From the IMG/VR virus record IMGVR_UViG_3300027974_000020, positions 105,198 through 169,197 of that record: DNA of 64,000 nucleotides; one strand, given 5' to 3'. Made by a program: the position numbers and the translations under genes. This document shows positions 26,125 through 36,580 of the stretch, one piece after another. Positions within the stretch are counted from its first letter, which is position 1. The number at the start of each line of letters is the position of its first letter. The notes beneath the pieces were generated by a model that was given only the letters and a program-made list of their open reading frames with translations, was not told the DNA's origin and did no database searches. The stretch is from a virus.

Positions 26125-26179
26125 TAACTAACAGTGTGAGTATATTCTGCTCACACTGTTAGTATAAATAAAGAAAGGA

Positions 26180-26566
26180 GTGCTCGTGAGCACTACTACA
26201 TCATATACCAATACACATCCAATTGATGAAATGTTTAATAATATTCGTAATATCATTTCATCTCAACCTATTAGGTCAGATTATATTCCATATGTTGAAG
26301 AAAGAAATTCTGTTTCTTACAAACTTGGAAAATATAGCCGCAAAACTGTATCTTACTTTAAGAGATCAGAGACAAAAGCCTCTATGTTAATTGCAACATG
26401 GGCTGTAGAGAGTTTAGCATACGCTCTTACATTCCTAGTTCTAGTAACTTCTGGAGCTTTTATCACTGCAGCTCTTTGGACAGCTCTTTATGGGTATATT
26501 TCATATGCATTCTTTGCTATGTTGCGCGACGCAGCTGTAGCAAATGTAATTTTTACAAAGAAATAA
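26180..26566 (+). CDS. hypothetical membrane protein
   Basis: AAGGAG SD; two C-terminal TM segments. Confidence 0.65.
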   Translation: MLVSTTTSYTNTHPIDEMFNNIRNIISSQPIRSDYIPYVEERNSVSYKLGKYSRKTVSYFKRSETKASMLIATWAVESLAYALTFLVLVTSGAFITAALWTALYGYISYAFFAMLRDAAVANVIFTKK

Positions 26567-26576
26567 TTACACAACA

Positions 26577-27179
26577 ATGAACTATTCTCAAATTAAATCC
26601 TATGTTTCTGATCCAGAACAAGAGATATTGTCAATAAAATCTTCTTTTGAAGAACACGTATCTTTAGCTGGAAAAGAAACTTATCGCCCAAGAGTTATGT
26701 TCTATAACTTTTTTGGCGAAAAACTTTTTGGCATAGTCTCTAGGCCATACGTTGATCAAACTGATTATATTAGTTCTATCGCAGAAATGATGTATTCTTA
26801 TACTGCTTTAACTGCATCTTCTGCTGTTATAGTTTTAGAAAGTAACATCACTAAAAATGGAAACCTAATTGGCAGTTGTCTAAATGCTTATTTGGTATCA
26901 TCAGATACTGCTCACGCAGTAACCATTCCTTATGATCATGCCCCAGATAATAAAGTTATTTGGAAATCTTCTGAAGAAATTATTAAAGAAGTAGATATGA
27001 ATACAAATTCAGGCATGCCTTTGGAAATGCTAGAATTATCATATGCTTTTTCGCATATTGATGATGCTCCATTTTCAATGCCAGAATTGTTATCGTATTA
27101 TACTTCTATGGGGTTTATATTTAAATCCTTTAAGAAACTTAATTATACATACATAGATTATGCAGAAAATAATACATAG
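26577..27179 (+). CDS. hypothetical protein
   Basis: 200-aa ORF in an operon. Confidence 0.65.
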   Translation: MNYSQIKSYVSDPEQEILSIKSSFEEHVSLAGKETYRPRVMFYNFFGEKLFGIVSRPYVDQTDYISSIAEMMYSYTALTASSAVIVLESNITKNGNLIGSCLNAYLVSSDTAHAVTIPYDHAPDNKVIWKSSEEIIKEVDMNTNSGMPLEMLELSYAFSHIDDAPFSMPELLSYYTSMGFIFKSFKKLNYTYIDYAENNT

Positions 27180-27351
27180 ATTATGTCTTACTCAAACTCC
27201 CCAGAAAAAAAGCAAAAGCTTTATTGCTCAATTAAAGATAAAACTGTTATAGTGTACACTAAAACAGAACCACTTACCGATGAACAATTAGAAGACATGA
27301 TGGTAGATTCTTTACCACATGGATATACGGAACCTTTTATCTAAGGAAAAC

Positions 27352-29043
27352 ATGACTATAACATTACGACCATACCAAACAGAAGCACTGCAGTCTATTG
27401 TAGATTATCTTGAAAAAGGAATAAATAAACAACTAGTAGTGCTACCAACTGGTTCTGGTAAAACTGTAATATTTAGTCATATCCCTCAGATCATACCTAA
27501 TAGTTTACCAATGTTAGTATTAGCTCACCGTGGTGAGCTATTAATCCAAGCAAAAGATAAGATATTAATATCTAATCCTCGTCTTGATGTACAAACAGAA
27601 AAAGCAGAAGATACCGCAGAGCTTAATGGCGATGTCGTTGTAGCTTCTGTCCCCACTTTGGGAAGAGCAGATTCTAAAAGATTATCTAAATTCCCTAAAG
27701 ATTATTTTAAAACTATAATTGTTGATGAAGCACATCACGCTTCTGCTGAATCATATAGAAGAATTCTAGATTATTTTAAACCAAACTTGTTGCTTGGTGT
27801 AACTGCTACTCCTCAAAGATCCGATTCTGTTCGTCTTACAGATGTCTTTGATGAAATTGTATATTATAAAAATATAATTGATCTTATTCAAGAAGGTTAT
27901 CTTTGTAGACTAGTAGGATACAGAGTTAAAACAGACACCGATATATCAGAAGTGGAGACTTCACATGGCGACTACATGGCTTCCCAATTGGAAGATACGA
28001 TTAACACTCCTAGGCGCAATGCTACTGTTGTTAAGTCTTATCTTGAGTTTGCTCCGAACAAAAAAGCAATCGTATTCGCATCCGGAGTTGCTCACGCCAA
28101 AGACTTGGCCACATCCTTTGCGCAAAAGCAGATACCTGTACGAGTAGTACTAGGTGAAACATCAGATGAAGAAAGAAAAGAAATCTTTTCTAAATTCTCA
28201 TCTGGTGAAATTAAAGTAATTGTTAACGTAGGTGTGCTCACTGAAGGATTCGATGAACCCTCTGTCGAATCAATCATATTGGCTAGACCTACTAGATCTT
28301 CACTTCTTTATACTCAAATAGTAGGACGTGGTACACGTTTATTTGAAGGTAAAGAAAACTGCATTATCATAGATATTGCGGACATGACCAAAGGTAAAAA
28401 GCCTCTAGGTTTGCCAACCTTATTGGGCATGCCTGCAGATTTTGATTTGCAGGGTAGTGATCTAGTAGACATCTCTGAAAAATATAAAGAGCTTGAAGCT
28501 TATTGTCCGGGAGAAGCAGTACGTGTACTTTCTCCTGATGACATAGACTTAGCTTATAAGCGTATTGATCTCTTCATGCCTCCTCCACCAAATGAATTCA
28601 TTATGCAATATTCCAGCTTTGTCTGGGCTGAAATTGCAGAAGGTGAATATCACCTTGGATTAAATAATAATGAATCATTAAAGATTTTTGCTGATACTTT
28701 AGGTAGAATAGTTGTATCTCATACACAAAAAACTACTGCTGGTAATCCTCCAAACATAACTATTCTAGGTTATCCAGATGATATTCGAGAAGCATTTGCG
28801 CGAAGCGATAGATGGGTGATGAACAATCGTCCAGTCTCAGTAAATCTTATTAACAATACTGCTGCTTGGAGAACTGATTATCCAACTGATAAACAAGTTA
28901 AACTACTCAAGCGCATTGGTGTACCAGTTACGTCAGACATGACCAAAGGAACAGCAAGCAATATTATTTCTAAATATTACGAAGCTAATCCTAAACCAAA
29001 ATGGCTTGAAAACAAAATAACTTATAACAAAAAATGGAATTGA
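27352..29043 (+). CDS. SF2 DEAH helicase (Irc3/RadD-like)
   Basis: LRPYQ, PTGSGKT, DEAHH, TATP, EGFD and QIVGRGTR motifs; AAGGA SD before ATG 27352. Confidence 0.92.
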   Translation: MTITLRPYQTEALQSIVDYLEKGINKQLVVLPTGSGKTVIFSHIPQIIPNSLPMLVLAHRGELLIQAKDKILISNPRLDVQTEKAEDTAELNGDVVVASVPTLGRADSKRLSKFPKDYFKTIIVDEAHHASAESYRRILDYFKPNLLLGVTATPQRSDSVRLTDVFDEIVYYKNIIDLIQEGYLCRLVGYRVKTDTDISEVETSHGDYMASQLEDTINTPRRNATVVKSYLEFAPNKKAIVFASGVAHAKDLATSFAQKQIPVRVVLGETSDEERKEIFSKFSSGEIKVIVNVGVLTEGFDEPSVESIILARPTRSSLLYTQIVGRGTRLFEGKENCIIIDIADMTKGKKPLGLPTLLGMPADFDLQGSDLVDISEKYKELEAYCPGEAVRVLSPDDIDLAYKRIDLFMPPPPNEFIMQYSSFVWAEIAEGEYHLGLNNNESLKIFADTLGRIVVSHTQKTTAGNPPNITILGYPDDIREAFARSDRWVMNNRPVSVNLINNTAAWRTDYPTDKQVKLLKRIGVPVTSDMTKGTASNIISKYYEANPKPKWLENKITYNKKWN

Positions 29044-29046
29044 TAA

Positions 29047-29508
29047 ATGACTAGAATATTAGCTAAACATCCAACAATTCAACCTGAGAATTATCAAAGA
29101 AGTAAAAATTCAAAAGATTTACGTGTTAAATCTTTGCTTCTTCCTTCTTCTGATTTAATGTATCCAGAATTAATTTTTGATTCTTCTTTAAATATAAAAG
29201 AAAAAGTATTTTATAATTTAGAGGATATTTACCTACTTCCATTACATCCTTATTATCATATCTATATTGATAAATCTGTACAGTATGATTTAAAAAATGT
29301 TAATCCTGTAGCTACTTACATTTATCGTCAATCTATTCGTTCTTTTATCGGCAAAAACAGTATCGAAACAATACATGGAGATGTATTATTTTTCGGTTCT
29401 GTTAATGCAGATACAAAAGAGAATGATGATATCGACTATTCTGTTCCTTACGAAATCGTAGAACAGATAGCTAGATATTATGATTTTAATATTTTCCCAT
29501 CTAGTTAA
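29047..29508 (+). CDS. hypothetical protein
   Basis: N..AT...IHGDVLF pattern seen in DUF3846-like phage proteins (weak). Confidence 0.6.
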   Translation: MTRILAKHPTIQPENYQRSKNSKDLRVKSLLLPSSDLMYPELIFDSSLNIKEKVFYNLEDIYLLPLHPYYHIYIDKSVQYDLKNVNPVATYIYRQSIRSFIGKNSIETIHGDVLFFGSVNADTKENDDIDYSVPYEIVEQIARYYDFNIFPSS

Positions 29509-29553
29509 AATAAAAAAATAGGGTTCGTCAGAATTCCTATAAAGGAGACATTC

Positions 29554-29778
29554 GTGTCACTAAGTATAATGATAAATCAAACATCAGAAGATATCAGCAT
29601 GATTTCTTCTATTAAAAGTTATCTGGTTCAACTCGATCATAATAGTTATGATGTATCTGAATTAGATCTAATACCTTTAGACAACACTATCAAGTGGTTA
29701 AACAATATATTATTAGTTCTTGATGATCCAGAATTTGGTCAGGAAGAACTTTATAATCCACTTGAAATATCTGGTTAA
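29554..29778 (+). CDS. small acidic protein
   Basis: AAGGAG SD with GTG start. Confidence 0.6.
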   Translation: MSLSIMINQTSEDISMISSIKSYLVQLDHNSYDVSELDLIPLDNTIKWLNNILLVLDDPEFGQEELYNPLEISG

Positions 29779-29783
29779 CATTA

Positions 29784-29869
29784 GCCCAGGTGGCGGAATT
29801 GGTAGACGCAAGGGGCTTAAACCCCCTCGGCTAGAAATGGCCGTACGGGTTCAATTCCCGTCTTGGGCA
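29784..29869 (+). tRNA. tRNA-Leu(TAA)
   Basis: Type II cloverleaf with long variable arm; anticodon loop CT-TAA-AC. Confidence 0.92.
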
Positions 29870-29890
29870 CATTAGATAGAAAGTTGAGTT

Positions 29891-30220
29891 ATGCGGCATA
29901 TCCCCAAAATCAAAAATGTATTATATAATGTTTCTTGGATGAATAAAGCCGCTTGCAAAGGTCTTACTCATATATTCTTTGGCAAATATGCAGAAAGACC
30001 ACAATCTACTGTAAGGAGAGAAGCCAGAGCTAAATCTATTTGTAGCCAGTGTTCTGTCTTTGATCAGTGCCGTCAATATGCTAGAGATAATATGGAACTT
30101 GGTTACTGGGCCGGCGAAAACGAATATGATAGATATTTAATTTCTCCTTCTGAAAAAGTTCCAAGCATACATGCTAGAGCTTTAAAAACTTATTCTAATA
30201 AATTAAATAAAAACAATTAA
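29891..30220 (+). CDS. whiB: WhiB-family transcription factor
   Basis: WMNKAAC...AKSICSQC..FDQC...GYWAG. Confidence 0.92.
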   Translation: MRHIPKIKNVLYNVSWMNKAACKGLTHIFFGKYAERPQSTVRREARAKSICSQCSVFDQCRQYARDNMELGYWAGENEYDRYLISPSEKVPSIHARALKTYSNKLNKNN

Positions 30221-30228
30221 AAAATTTA

Positions 30229-30301
30229 TGGCGAGTAGCTCAGTTGGCAGAGCAGCGGACTGTTAATCCGCTTGTCGTAGGTTCGAGCCCTACCTCGCCA
30301 G
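30229..30301 (+). tRNA. tRNA-Asn(GTT)
   Basis: Cloverleaf; anticodon loop CT-GTT-AA. Confidence 0.92.
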
Positions 30302-30303
30302 CT

Positions 30304-30450
30304 ATGACAAAACAAATTACAGACCTTATAGATAATGCTATTAAACAAATATCAGGAAGACAATTAGTTTCATCTTCCGAGATGACTGATCTTCTTCTTG
30401 ATATTAGACTTCATCTTATGATAGATGAAGAATTAATTAAGGTTAATTAA
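30304..30450 (+). CDS. 48-aa hypothetical protein
   Basis: ATG immediately after tRNA-Asn; LIDNA...R.LV...E..DLLLDIR amphipathic pattern. Confidence 0.55.
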   Translation: MTKQITDLIDNAIKQISGRQLVSSSEMTDLLLDIRLHLMIDEELIKVN

Positions 30451-30753
30451 TGAACCCTTTACTAAGAAAATGTTCATCGCTTACAATTAATAAAACTTCT
30501 TGTAAGCGTATAGCTTTAAGGTTTAGCTCTTATTGTAGAGCTCATGAACAACCACACAAAAGAAAGCATTCTTTATGATTTCTTCTATATTAAATCCTGG
30601 TGTATTTGAACCAGATTTTAGACCAATGATTATTTTAATATTAGCTATGACTTTTTCTATAGCTTATGTTATTAAAAAAAATTGGAATAATATTAAAGAT
30701 GATTTTGATGATGATTGGGAATCATAATATTATAATATAATACAAGGAGCAAT

Positions 30754-32163
30754 ATGAGAAAGTCTATTTCCTGGATTGTTTCCGCATCTTTGATCGGAAC
30801 ATTATTTTTTATAAACAGTCCTCAAGTTGATGCTAAGGTATCAATGGACGTAATGCAGGCCACTGGTCCTGTACAGTTTAAATTAAATTTAACTAAAGCT
30901 ATTCCTTACATCTCTGCAAACATCCCGTACGATTCGGGATACAAGGGACAAGGTAGCTACGTAGTAGTTATTGATTCTGGTGTGCAATCTGATCACCCAT
31001 TCCTTGCAGGCAAAGTAGCTCTTGAGGCATGCTTTGCTCCTGTATGCCCTAACGGTACCACTAAGCAGATTGGACCGGGAGCTGCTAAACCAGTTCACTG
31101 GCACGGCACTCACGTAGCTGGAATTATTGCAGGTTCCAATGCAACCATGCACGGTGTTGCACCAGAGGCAAAGATTATTGCTGTCAATATCTTTAATGCT
31201 GCTGGTTCAACTTACGATGAAAATATTATTGAAGCACTTACGTGGGTTGATTCAATATCTTCTGAGTATAATATCGCAGCGATAAATATGTCTTTGGGTA
31301 CTTCTCAAGTATTTAAAACTTCATGCAATAATTATATTCCAGCACTTACATCTATTATCTCTACGCTTAAATCAAAAAATATTGCTACTGTTGTTGCCGC
31401 AGGAAACGGCTATGCATACGGCATGAGTTCTCCTGCGTGCATTACTGACACTGTTAGTGTGGCAGCAACTTATTCTGACAGAGATCTTATTACAAACTTT
31501 TCTAATGTTCATGAAGATACAGATCTTTCTGCTCCCGGTAGTGGAATAAATTCTTCAGATTCTTATTCAAGCTATCGTGTAGCTTCAGGTACATCTATGG
31601 CCGCACCAATGGTTGCTGGTTCATATGCTGTATATCGATCTAAATTTGGCATTCAATCAGTTGATAAAGTCACTTCTGATTTTAGAACTACTGGTATTGA
31701 TGCCAAAGATGATTATACTTCTGTGATTACAAAACGTATAGATTTTAAATCTTTATTTAGTACTGGTTTACCTCCAACTACTACAACAATACCTCCAACA
31801 ACAACAACTACTTTACCCGGAGCAACCACTACAACAACCACAACAATACCTCCAACGGATGAAGAAGTAGAGTTTGGTTTATCAATTCCTTATATTGTAT
31901 CTTTAAAGAAATATAAACCTAATACATCTTATATGTATGTAGATTTTGTTTATAGATACAATGAAACTAAATTATCTTCTTTCATTCTTGATTGTAGATA
32001 TAACAATTTGCCAAATGCTACAAAAGAAGTTTCAGACCGTAATAAAAATTATAATAATTATTTTATTAAAATTTCTACTGCGTCTATTCGTTCATGCAGA
32101 ATGGCTGCAGTAGCTTACGATGGTACAATCGGCCAATATAGTAAATTTGTTTTAGTTAAATAA
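30754..32163 (+). CDS. secreted subtilisin-like serine protease (S8) with Thr-rich linker
   Basis: Signal peptide; IDSG, HGTHVAG, AAGN and GTSMAAP catalytic motifs. Confidence 0.93.
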   Translation: MRKSISWIVSASLIGTLFFINSPQVDAKVSMDVMQATGPVQFKLNLTKAIPYISANIPYDSGYKGQGSYVVVIDSGVQSDHPFLAGKVALEACFAPVCPNGTTKQIGPGAAKPVHWHGTHVAGIIAGSNATMHGVAPEAKIIAVNIFNAAGSTYDENIIEALTWVDSISSEYNIAAINMSLGTSQVFKTSCNNYIPALTSIISTLKSKNIATVVAAGNGYAYGMSSPACITDTVSVAATYSDRDLITNFSNVHEDTDLSAPGSGINSSDSYSSYRVASGTSMAAPMVAGSYAVYRSKFGIQSVDKVTSDFRTTGIDAKDDYTSVITKRIDFKSLFSTGLPPTTTTIPPTTTTTLPGATTTTTTTIPPTDEEVEFGLSIPYIVSLKKYKPNTSYMYVDFVYRYNETKLSSFILDCRYNNLPNATKEVSDRNKNYNNYFIKISTASIRSCRMAAVAYDGTIGQYSKFVLVK

Positions 32164-32189
32164 TTTTAACAAAAAACAATGACTTTGTT

Positions 32190-32265
32190 GCGCTTTTAGC
32201 TCAGCCGGTAGAGCACCGGACTTTTAATCCGTTGGTCCCGAGTTCGATCCTCGGAGGGCGCACCA
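32190..32265 (+). tRNA. tRNA-Lys(TTT)
   Basis: Cloverleaf; anticodon loop CT-TTT-AA; encoded CCA. Confidence 0.93.
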
Positions 32266-32335
32266 TACTAGAAATAATAACATACTGTGATATGTCTTTC
32301 TAGCTTTTTTAATTACAACAACATTAGGAGAATAT

Positions 32336-32680
32336 ATGCCACCATTTGGTAACAAACAAAAAAGAGCAGAAGACAAACGTTCTTCTAATGAAATCGCTAT
32401 AGATTCTGCTAAAACGTCTACCTATAATCTGTGTACTCCAATGTATAAAGCCGAACATATTCGTTTACGCAATCCCATTACTGGCTTAGACAAGCTGTAC
32501 TCTGTTTCTGATCCAGCATTTTATGAAGCTTTTTATGAACTTTCTCAATTGGGTCTTCAAGATAAACTCATGCTTGAAATTGAAACATTTACTGCATCTA
32601 TAGATCCCGACTGGCAACCAGTCTATGATTCTCTTCAAGGCTATTTAAAGGCTAAGGAAAAAGAAAACCAAAATGTTTAA
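32336..32680 (+). CDS. hypothetical protein
   Basis: AGGAG SD. Confidence 0.65.
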   Translation: MPPFGNKQKRAEDKRSSNEIAIDSAKTSTYNLCTPMYKAEHIRLRNPITGLDKLYSVSDPAFYEAFYELSQLGLQDKLMLEIETFTASIDPDWQPVYDSLQGYLKAKEKENQNV

Positions 32681-32873
32681 AAATATAGTTCTTAAAAATA
32701 TAGATTCAGCTCAAAAGAGAAGAGATTCTTTTATCAAAAAGACTCCAGATGATATCTCTAGTATTCGCTTTTGGGATGGATACATATACGCTTTAAATAC
32801 ACTTGTATCAGTTCTCCCCGAAGAGTCTGATCAACAGGATATCGAAGATGAATGGTGGCAGGCAATTAAATGA
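32673..32873 (+). CDS. hypothetical protein ending EDEWWQAIK
   Basis: AAGGA SD; paralogous to the C-terminus of 33568..34050. Confidence 0.65.
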   Translation: MFKNIVLKNIDSAQKRRDSFIKKTPDDISSIRFWDGYIYALNTLVSVLPEESDQQDIEDEWWQAIK

Positions 32874-33184
32874 AAATTAATAATATTAAACCTGGTAGTT
32901 CGACTATACTTATATTGAACTATCTTGGAATGAGAAAAAGAAACAAAAAACAATGGACTACTTTAAAGGAAATTGCAAACTTTTTTCCTCATAAGTTTAC
33001 AAGTAACACAAAAAAAACTGGTAATCTTTCTACTGCTATTAATCGTTTAGTTGAATCTAATTTTATTGTTAACAAAAAAATTAATAATGTAGATAACTAT
33101 TCTATTACTTCACTAGGTTCTGTTGTACCTTTTCAAGTTGCTTCCAATGCAAAAAAGAAATCAAAAGGTGTTATTTATGAATGA
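32870..33184 (+). CDS. winged-HTH protein (MarR/PadR-like)
   Basis: TLKEIA...LSTAINRLVE..FI...YSITSLG. Confidence 0.65.
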   Translation: MKINNIKPGSSTILILNYLGMRKRNKKQWTTLKEIANFFPHKFTSNTKKTGNLSTAINRLVESNFIVNKKINNVDNYSITSLGSVVPFQVASNAKKKSKGVIYE

Positions 33185-33635
33185 ACTACAATTACAGATA
33201 GAGGAACTTAAGAAAAAAATAGTTCCTGAATACTGGAAATCAATAGATGTTGACGAAGGCTGGTATCAAATTGTTATTGATTGCGATAAAGAACTAACAC
33301 AAATAGATCCTGACTATCAAATATATCAAATAAAAGAAAAGTTTGGTAGGCTTCGTTATTATCACAAGGCTTCTCAACCATTTGAAGAAAAAATTTATTT
33401 AAAACTAGCATCTATCGTAAGTAAATATGAAGCTCTTTCTAGTTGCACTTGTGAAGCCACTGGTCTTCCCGGTTTACTTATGAAGTCTCCAAATGGATAC
33501 TACAAAACATTAAATCCACAATGGACTTCTACATCTGAAGTTTATAGTAAATATACTATAGTTAAACATGATACTTATAAACAAACAGATGACATGTTAC
33601 CTTGGCAGCATTCTGATGATAGTGACTACATCTGA
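33177..33635 (+). CDS. conserved phage protein (QIKEKFGRLRYY family)
   Basis: GW...QIKEKFG.LR.Y...CE.TG.PG pattern. Confidence 0.7.
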   Translation: MNELQLQIEELKKKIVPEYWKSIDVDEGWYQIVIDCDKELTQIDPDYQIYQIKEKFGRLRYYHKASQPFEEKIYLKLASIVSKYEALSSCTCEATGLPGLLMKSPNGYYKTLNPQWTSTSEVYSKYTIVKHDTYKQTDDMLPWQHSDDSDYI

Positions 33636-34050
33636 TATGGATACTGTAGATTGGTATAAAGTTTCTCAAGATTGGAAAAAAACAGCAGAACTTTTAGCAA
33701 TAAATATTGGCAATGTTAAATCTGCTCAAGAAATTTATCAGGATATTGCTGATGGTTTATATGATAGAGTTCGCGAAAAAATGGCTATTGAAAAAAATAC
33801 TCAAAATACATTTGATTCCATTCATGATTATGTAAATGTAATTTCTCAAAAAACTTTAATGGCAGAAGCCCAAAGATCGTTAGCAGAAGCTGATGGCACT
33901 AGTGATTATTATTACTGGGAGGGTTATGTTGACGCATTAGATTATGCTATCGATCTAGTCCCTAATTATAATGATTCTCCAGAAACTGAATCACCCGCCG
34001 TAAAAGCTGCTTATGATCTTGAAGAAGATTGGTGGCAAGCAATAAAATAA
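33568..34050 (+). CDS. hypothetical protein ending EEDWWQAIK
   Basis: ORF whose true start is probably further downstream; paralogous C-terminus. Confidence 0.6.
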   Translation: MILINKQMTCYLGSILMIVTTSDMDTVDWYKVSQDWKKTAELLAINIGNVKSAQEIYQDIADGLYDRVREKMAIEKNTQNTFDSIHDYVNVISQKTLMAEAQRSLAEADGTSDYYYWEGYVDALDYAIDLVPNYNDSPETESPAVKAAYDLEEDWWQAIK

Positions 34051-34055
34051 TAAGA

Positions 34056-34128
<73 letters not shown>

Positions 34129-35111
34129 CTATATCTATAATTAACAAAGGATACTATATGAAAAAAATAAACGGTAATAAGCTGCGTAAAAAGCTGCACA
34201 AAATTCTTCCTAATTCTTCTTTTGATAAAGATAATGAAGGTCAGGTTATTATTTACACAGGTTTAAAAGAAACCAAAAACCAAAATTACAAGGTAAAAAA
34301 ATGAACAAGAAAAACTTTATTTCTTTATATAAGATGAATCGCCTATGGGGCGACAGTAGACTTGAAGCAGCATACTGGGCATTGCGCGGTAAAGCATTTC
34401 TTACTTCTTTTGAAGGTCGTCTATTAGAAGACCAAATAGTACAATATGAGAATTGGGGCGATTAAATATTGTGTCTCAAGGAATAAACTGCAATCCTAAA
34501 AAAATTATTCAATGGTTTACTGATAGCGAAAAATGTTTAATGCATTCAAATACATCGTTTCTTGAAGTTGTTGAGATTACTTTATCCAATGATCAATTAG
34601 ACGCATTGATTAAACAGGGAGAGAAAGTTACTAATCAACTTAAAGAAGATAAAAGAAACCCAAAATTATGTTGACCGATTACATTGCCCACACATTAACA
34701 AAATTTAAAAAACAAAAATATGAAAACAAACGCAAAGATTCACACTCTATACACATGCGTATACGTCGTCATCAATCTAAGCGTAGGATAGACGGAGACT
34801 TCAATGCTTAATAGTAAATTTAAAATTGCAGTTTATATCACCATAGCTACTATGTATATGTTTTTTATGATTTCACTAATTGCTTCTTGCGTTGAAAGTT
34901 TATAATGAGTGATCAAATTAAAAATACAGAATCATTTAAACTTATTCAACAAATGCCAAGAGGAGAATGCTCTTATTGTGACCTAGAGTATGACAAGCCT
35001 ACTGGCTTCTTTCCGCCTCACACAGCGTCTCCTAGGTGCCAATCAGGGCATTATAATCACTGTACATGTGATACTTGTTTTTAAACAATATTAAACAACA
35101 AAGGATATATT

Positions 35112-35354
35112 ATGACAACTTTACCAGCTATAGAATTACCGCTTAATCCTGAATCTTATTACGGTCAAAGCAGCACTATACCAAACCTCATGCCTAATTC
35201 TTATATATATATTGGCCCTTCCCGCACTGCTACAGCTGTTCTTGTAAATCATATTAATTACAACCCACAAGGGTGGCATGAATTATACACAGATCATGCT
35301 GTTTATATTGCCTTACCAAATACTAGAGTAGCTTTTAAAAATGATAACTTATAA
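35112..35354 (+). CDS. hypothetical protein
   Basis: AAGGA SD. Confidence 0.55.
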   Translation: MTTLPAIELPLNPESYYGQSSTIPNLMPNSYIYIGPSRTATAVLVNHINYNPQGWHELYTDHAVYIALPNTRVAFKNDNL

Positions 35355-35365
35355 GGAGATTTACT

Positions 35366-35860
35366 ATGGGCATGGATGTCTATGGAAGAGAACCAATCAG
35401 TGAGGTTGGATCTTATTTTAGAAATAATGTTTGGTGGTGGCGGCCACTTTGGAATTATTGCATAACTCAATATCCAGAATTAACTGAAGAAGTTGCAGAC
35501 AATGGTCACAGTAATTCTGGAGATGGATTAGATGCAAAGAAAGCTTATGAATTAGGTAAGAAGTTACAAGAAGATATAGATTCAGGAGTTGTTCTTCAGT
35601 ATAAAGAAGAATATATGCAATATATAGAATCTTTACCTATGTTAGATTGCGAATATTGTGAAGGCACTGGAACAAGACGTGACAAATTAATTGCTACTGA
35701 CACTCCTACTGTGCCTTGCGGTTCTGCTCCGGTTAATTGCAACGTATGCAGTGGTGCCGGTAAGGTTAAAGATTTTTCCGCAAATTATCCATTTTCTGTT
35801 GAGAACGTTCAAGAATTTTCTAAGTTCCTTGTTTGTTCTGGTGGATTTAATATATGGTAG
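35366..35860 (+). CDS. phage protein with CxxCxGxG zinc finger
   Basis: MGMDVYG...YFRNNVWWWRPLW; CEYCEGTG and CNVCSGAG. Confidence 0.75.
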   Translation: MGMDVYGREPISEVGSYFRNNVWWWRPLWNYCITQYPELTEEVADNGHSNSGDGLDAKKAYELGKKLQEDIDSGVVLQYKEEYMQYIESLPMLDCEYCEGTGTRRDKLIATDTPTVPCGSAPVNCNVCSGAGKVKDFSANYPFSVENVQEFSKFLVCSGGFNIW

Positions 35861-36055
35861 ACAAGTCAATTCTTACTGTTCCTCCAGTTCATTTTATGAC
35901 AAAAATACTGGAACGTTATCAACAACAGCTCAAAACATTGGGTTATATAGATGCTCTTGTAAATTATAAAAACTCAATGCAGAATTTGTATATTAGATAC
36001 AATCCTCATATCAGGAGAAGATTTATCACTAGAGATAATGTTCTTCCTAATTGAC

Positions 36056-36127
36056 GCCCGTTTAGCTCAGTGGTAGAGCTCTGCACTTGTAATGCAGTGG
36101 TCCTCGGTTCAATCCCGAGAGCGGGCT
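36056..36127 (+). tRNA. tRNA-Thr(TGT)
   Basis: Cloverleaf; anticodon loop CT-TGT-AA. Confidence 0.92.
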
Positions 36128-36252
36128 CTAGACAGCAGCGTGTCTTACTGGAAACAGTGGGTGAACCTAATGATGTAATTAGCACGTGAGACACATATTC
36201 TCTTGGCATCACTGCTGTCTTTTATCTTTGATAATGATATGATAGGATCAAT

Positions 36253-36459
36253 ATGTTTTTTAAAAAAACTGTCAAAGTAGTATTGATATCTGATTCTACT
36301 GATAGAATTATAGATACAATAAAGTTTTCTAAAAAAGAATTTGATCTATTTAAACAATTGGCAGAAAACAACAATATGACCATTGATCAGTTTTTTTCAT
36401 TTGCTTTAAACAATGCTTTAAAACAGCACCCATTAGATTTAGAAGGAAAGTTACAATGA
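36253..36459 (+). CDS. small ribbon-helix-helix-like protein
   Basis: IKFSKKEF..FKQLA...MTIDQF pattern; AGGA SD. Confidence 0.5.
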   Translation: MFFKKTVKVVLISDSTDRIIDTIKFSKKEFDLFKQLAENNNMTIDQFFSFALNNALKQHPLDLEGKLQ

Positions 36460-36490
36460 CGATTAATCGAATAGGCAGCATATAAGACAC

Positions 36491-36566
36491 AGGGCGGTAT
36501 ACCCTCACTCTTATAAGGTGTTGAAAGGTTAGTTGGTTCACGTGGGTTCAATCCCCACCCGCCCTA
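36491..36566 (+). tRNA. non-canonical tRNA-Ile(TAT)-like RNA lacking a normal D-arm
   Basis: Acceptor AGGGCGG/CCGCCCT+A; T-arm GTGGG-TTCAATC-CCCAC; anticodon arm CACT-CTTATAA-GGTG. A D-loop-like AGTTGGT lies 3' of the anticodon arm. Confidence 0.7.
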
Positions 36567-36580
36567 CTAGAAAGAATTTT

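Noticed and set aside
31770-31856. ACA/ACT-rich tandem repeat as a DNA element
   Set aside because: It encodes the Thr/Pro linker of the subtilase.
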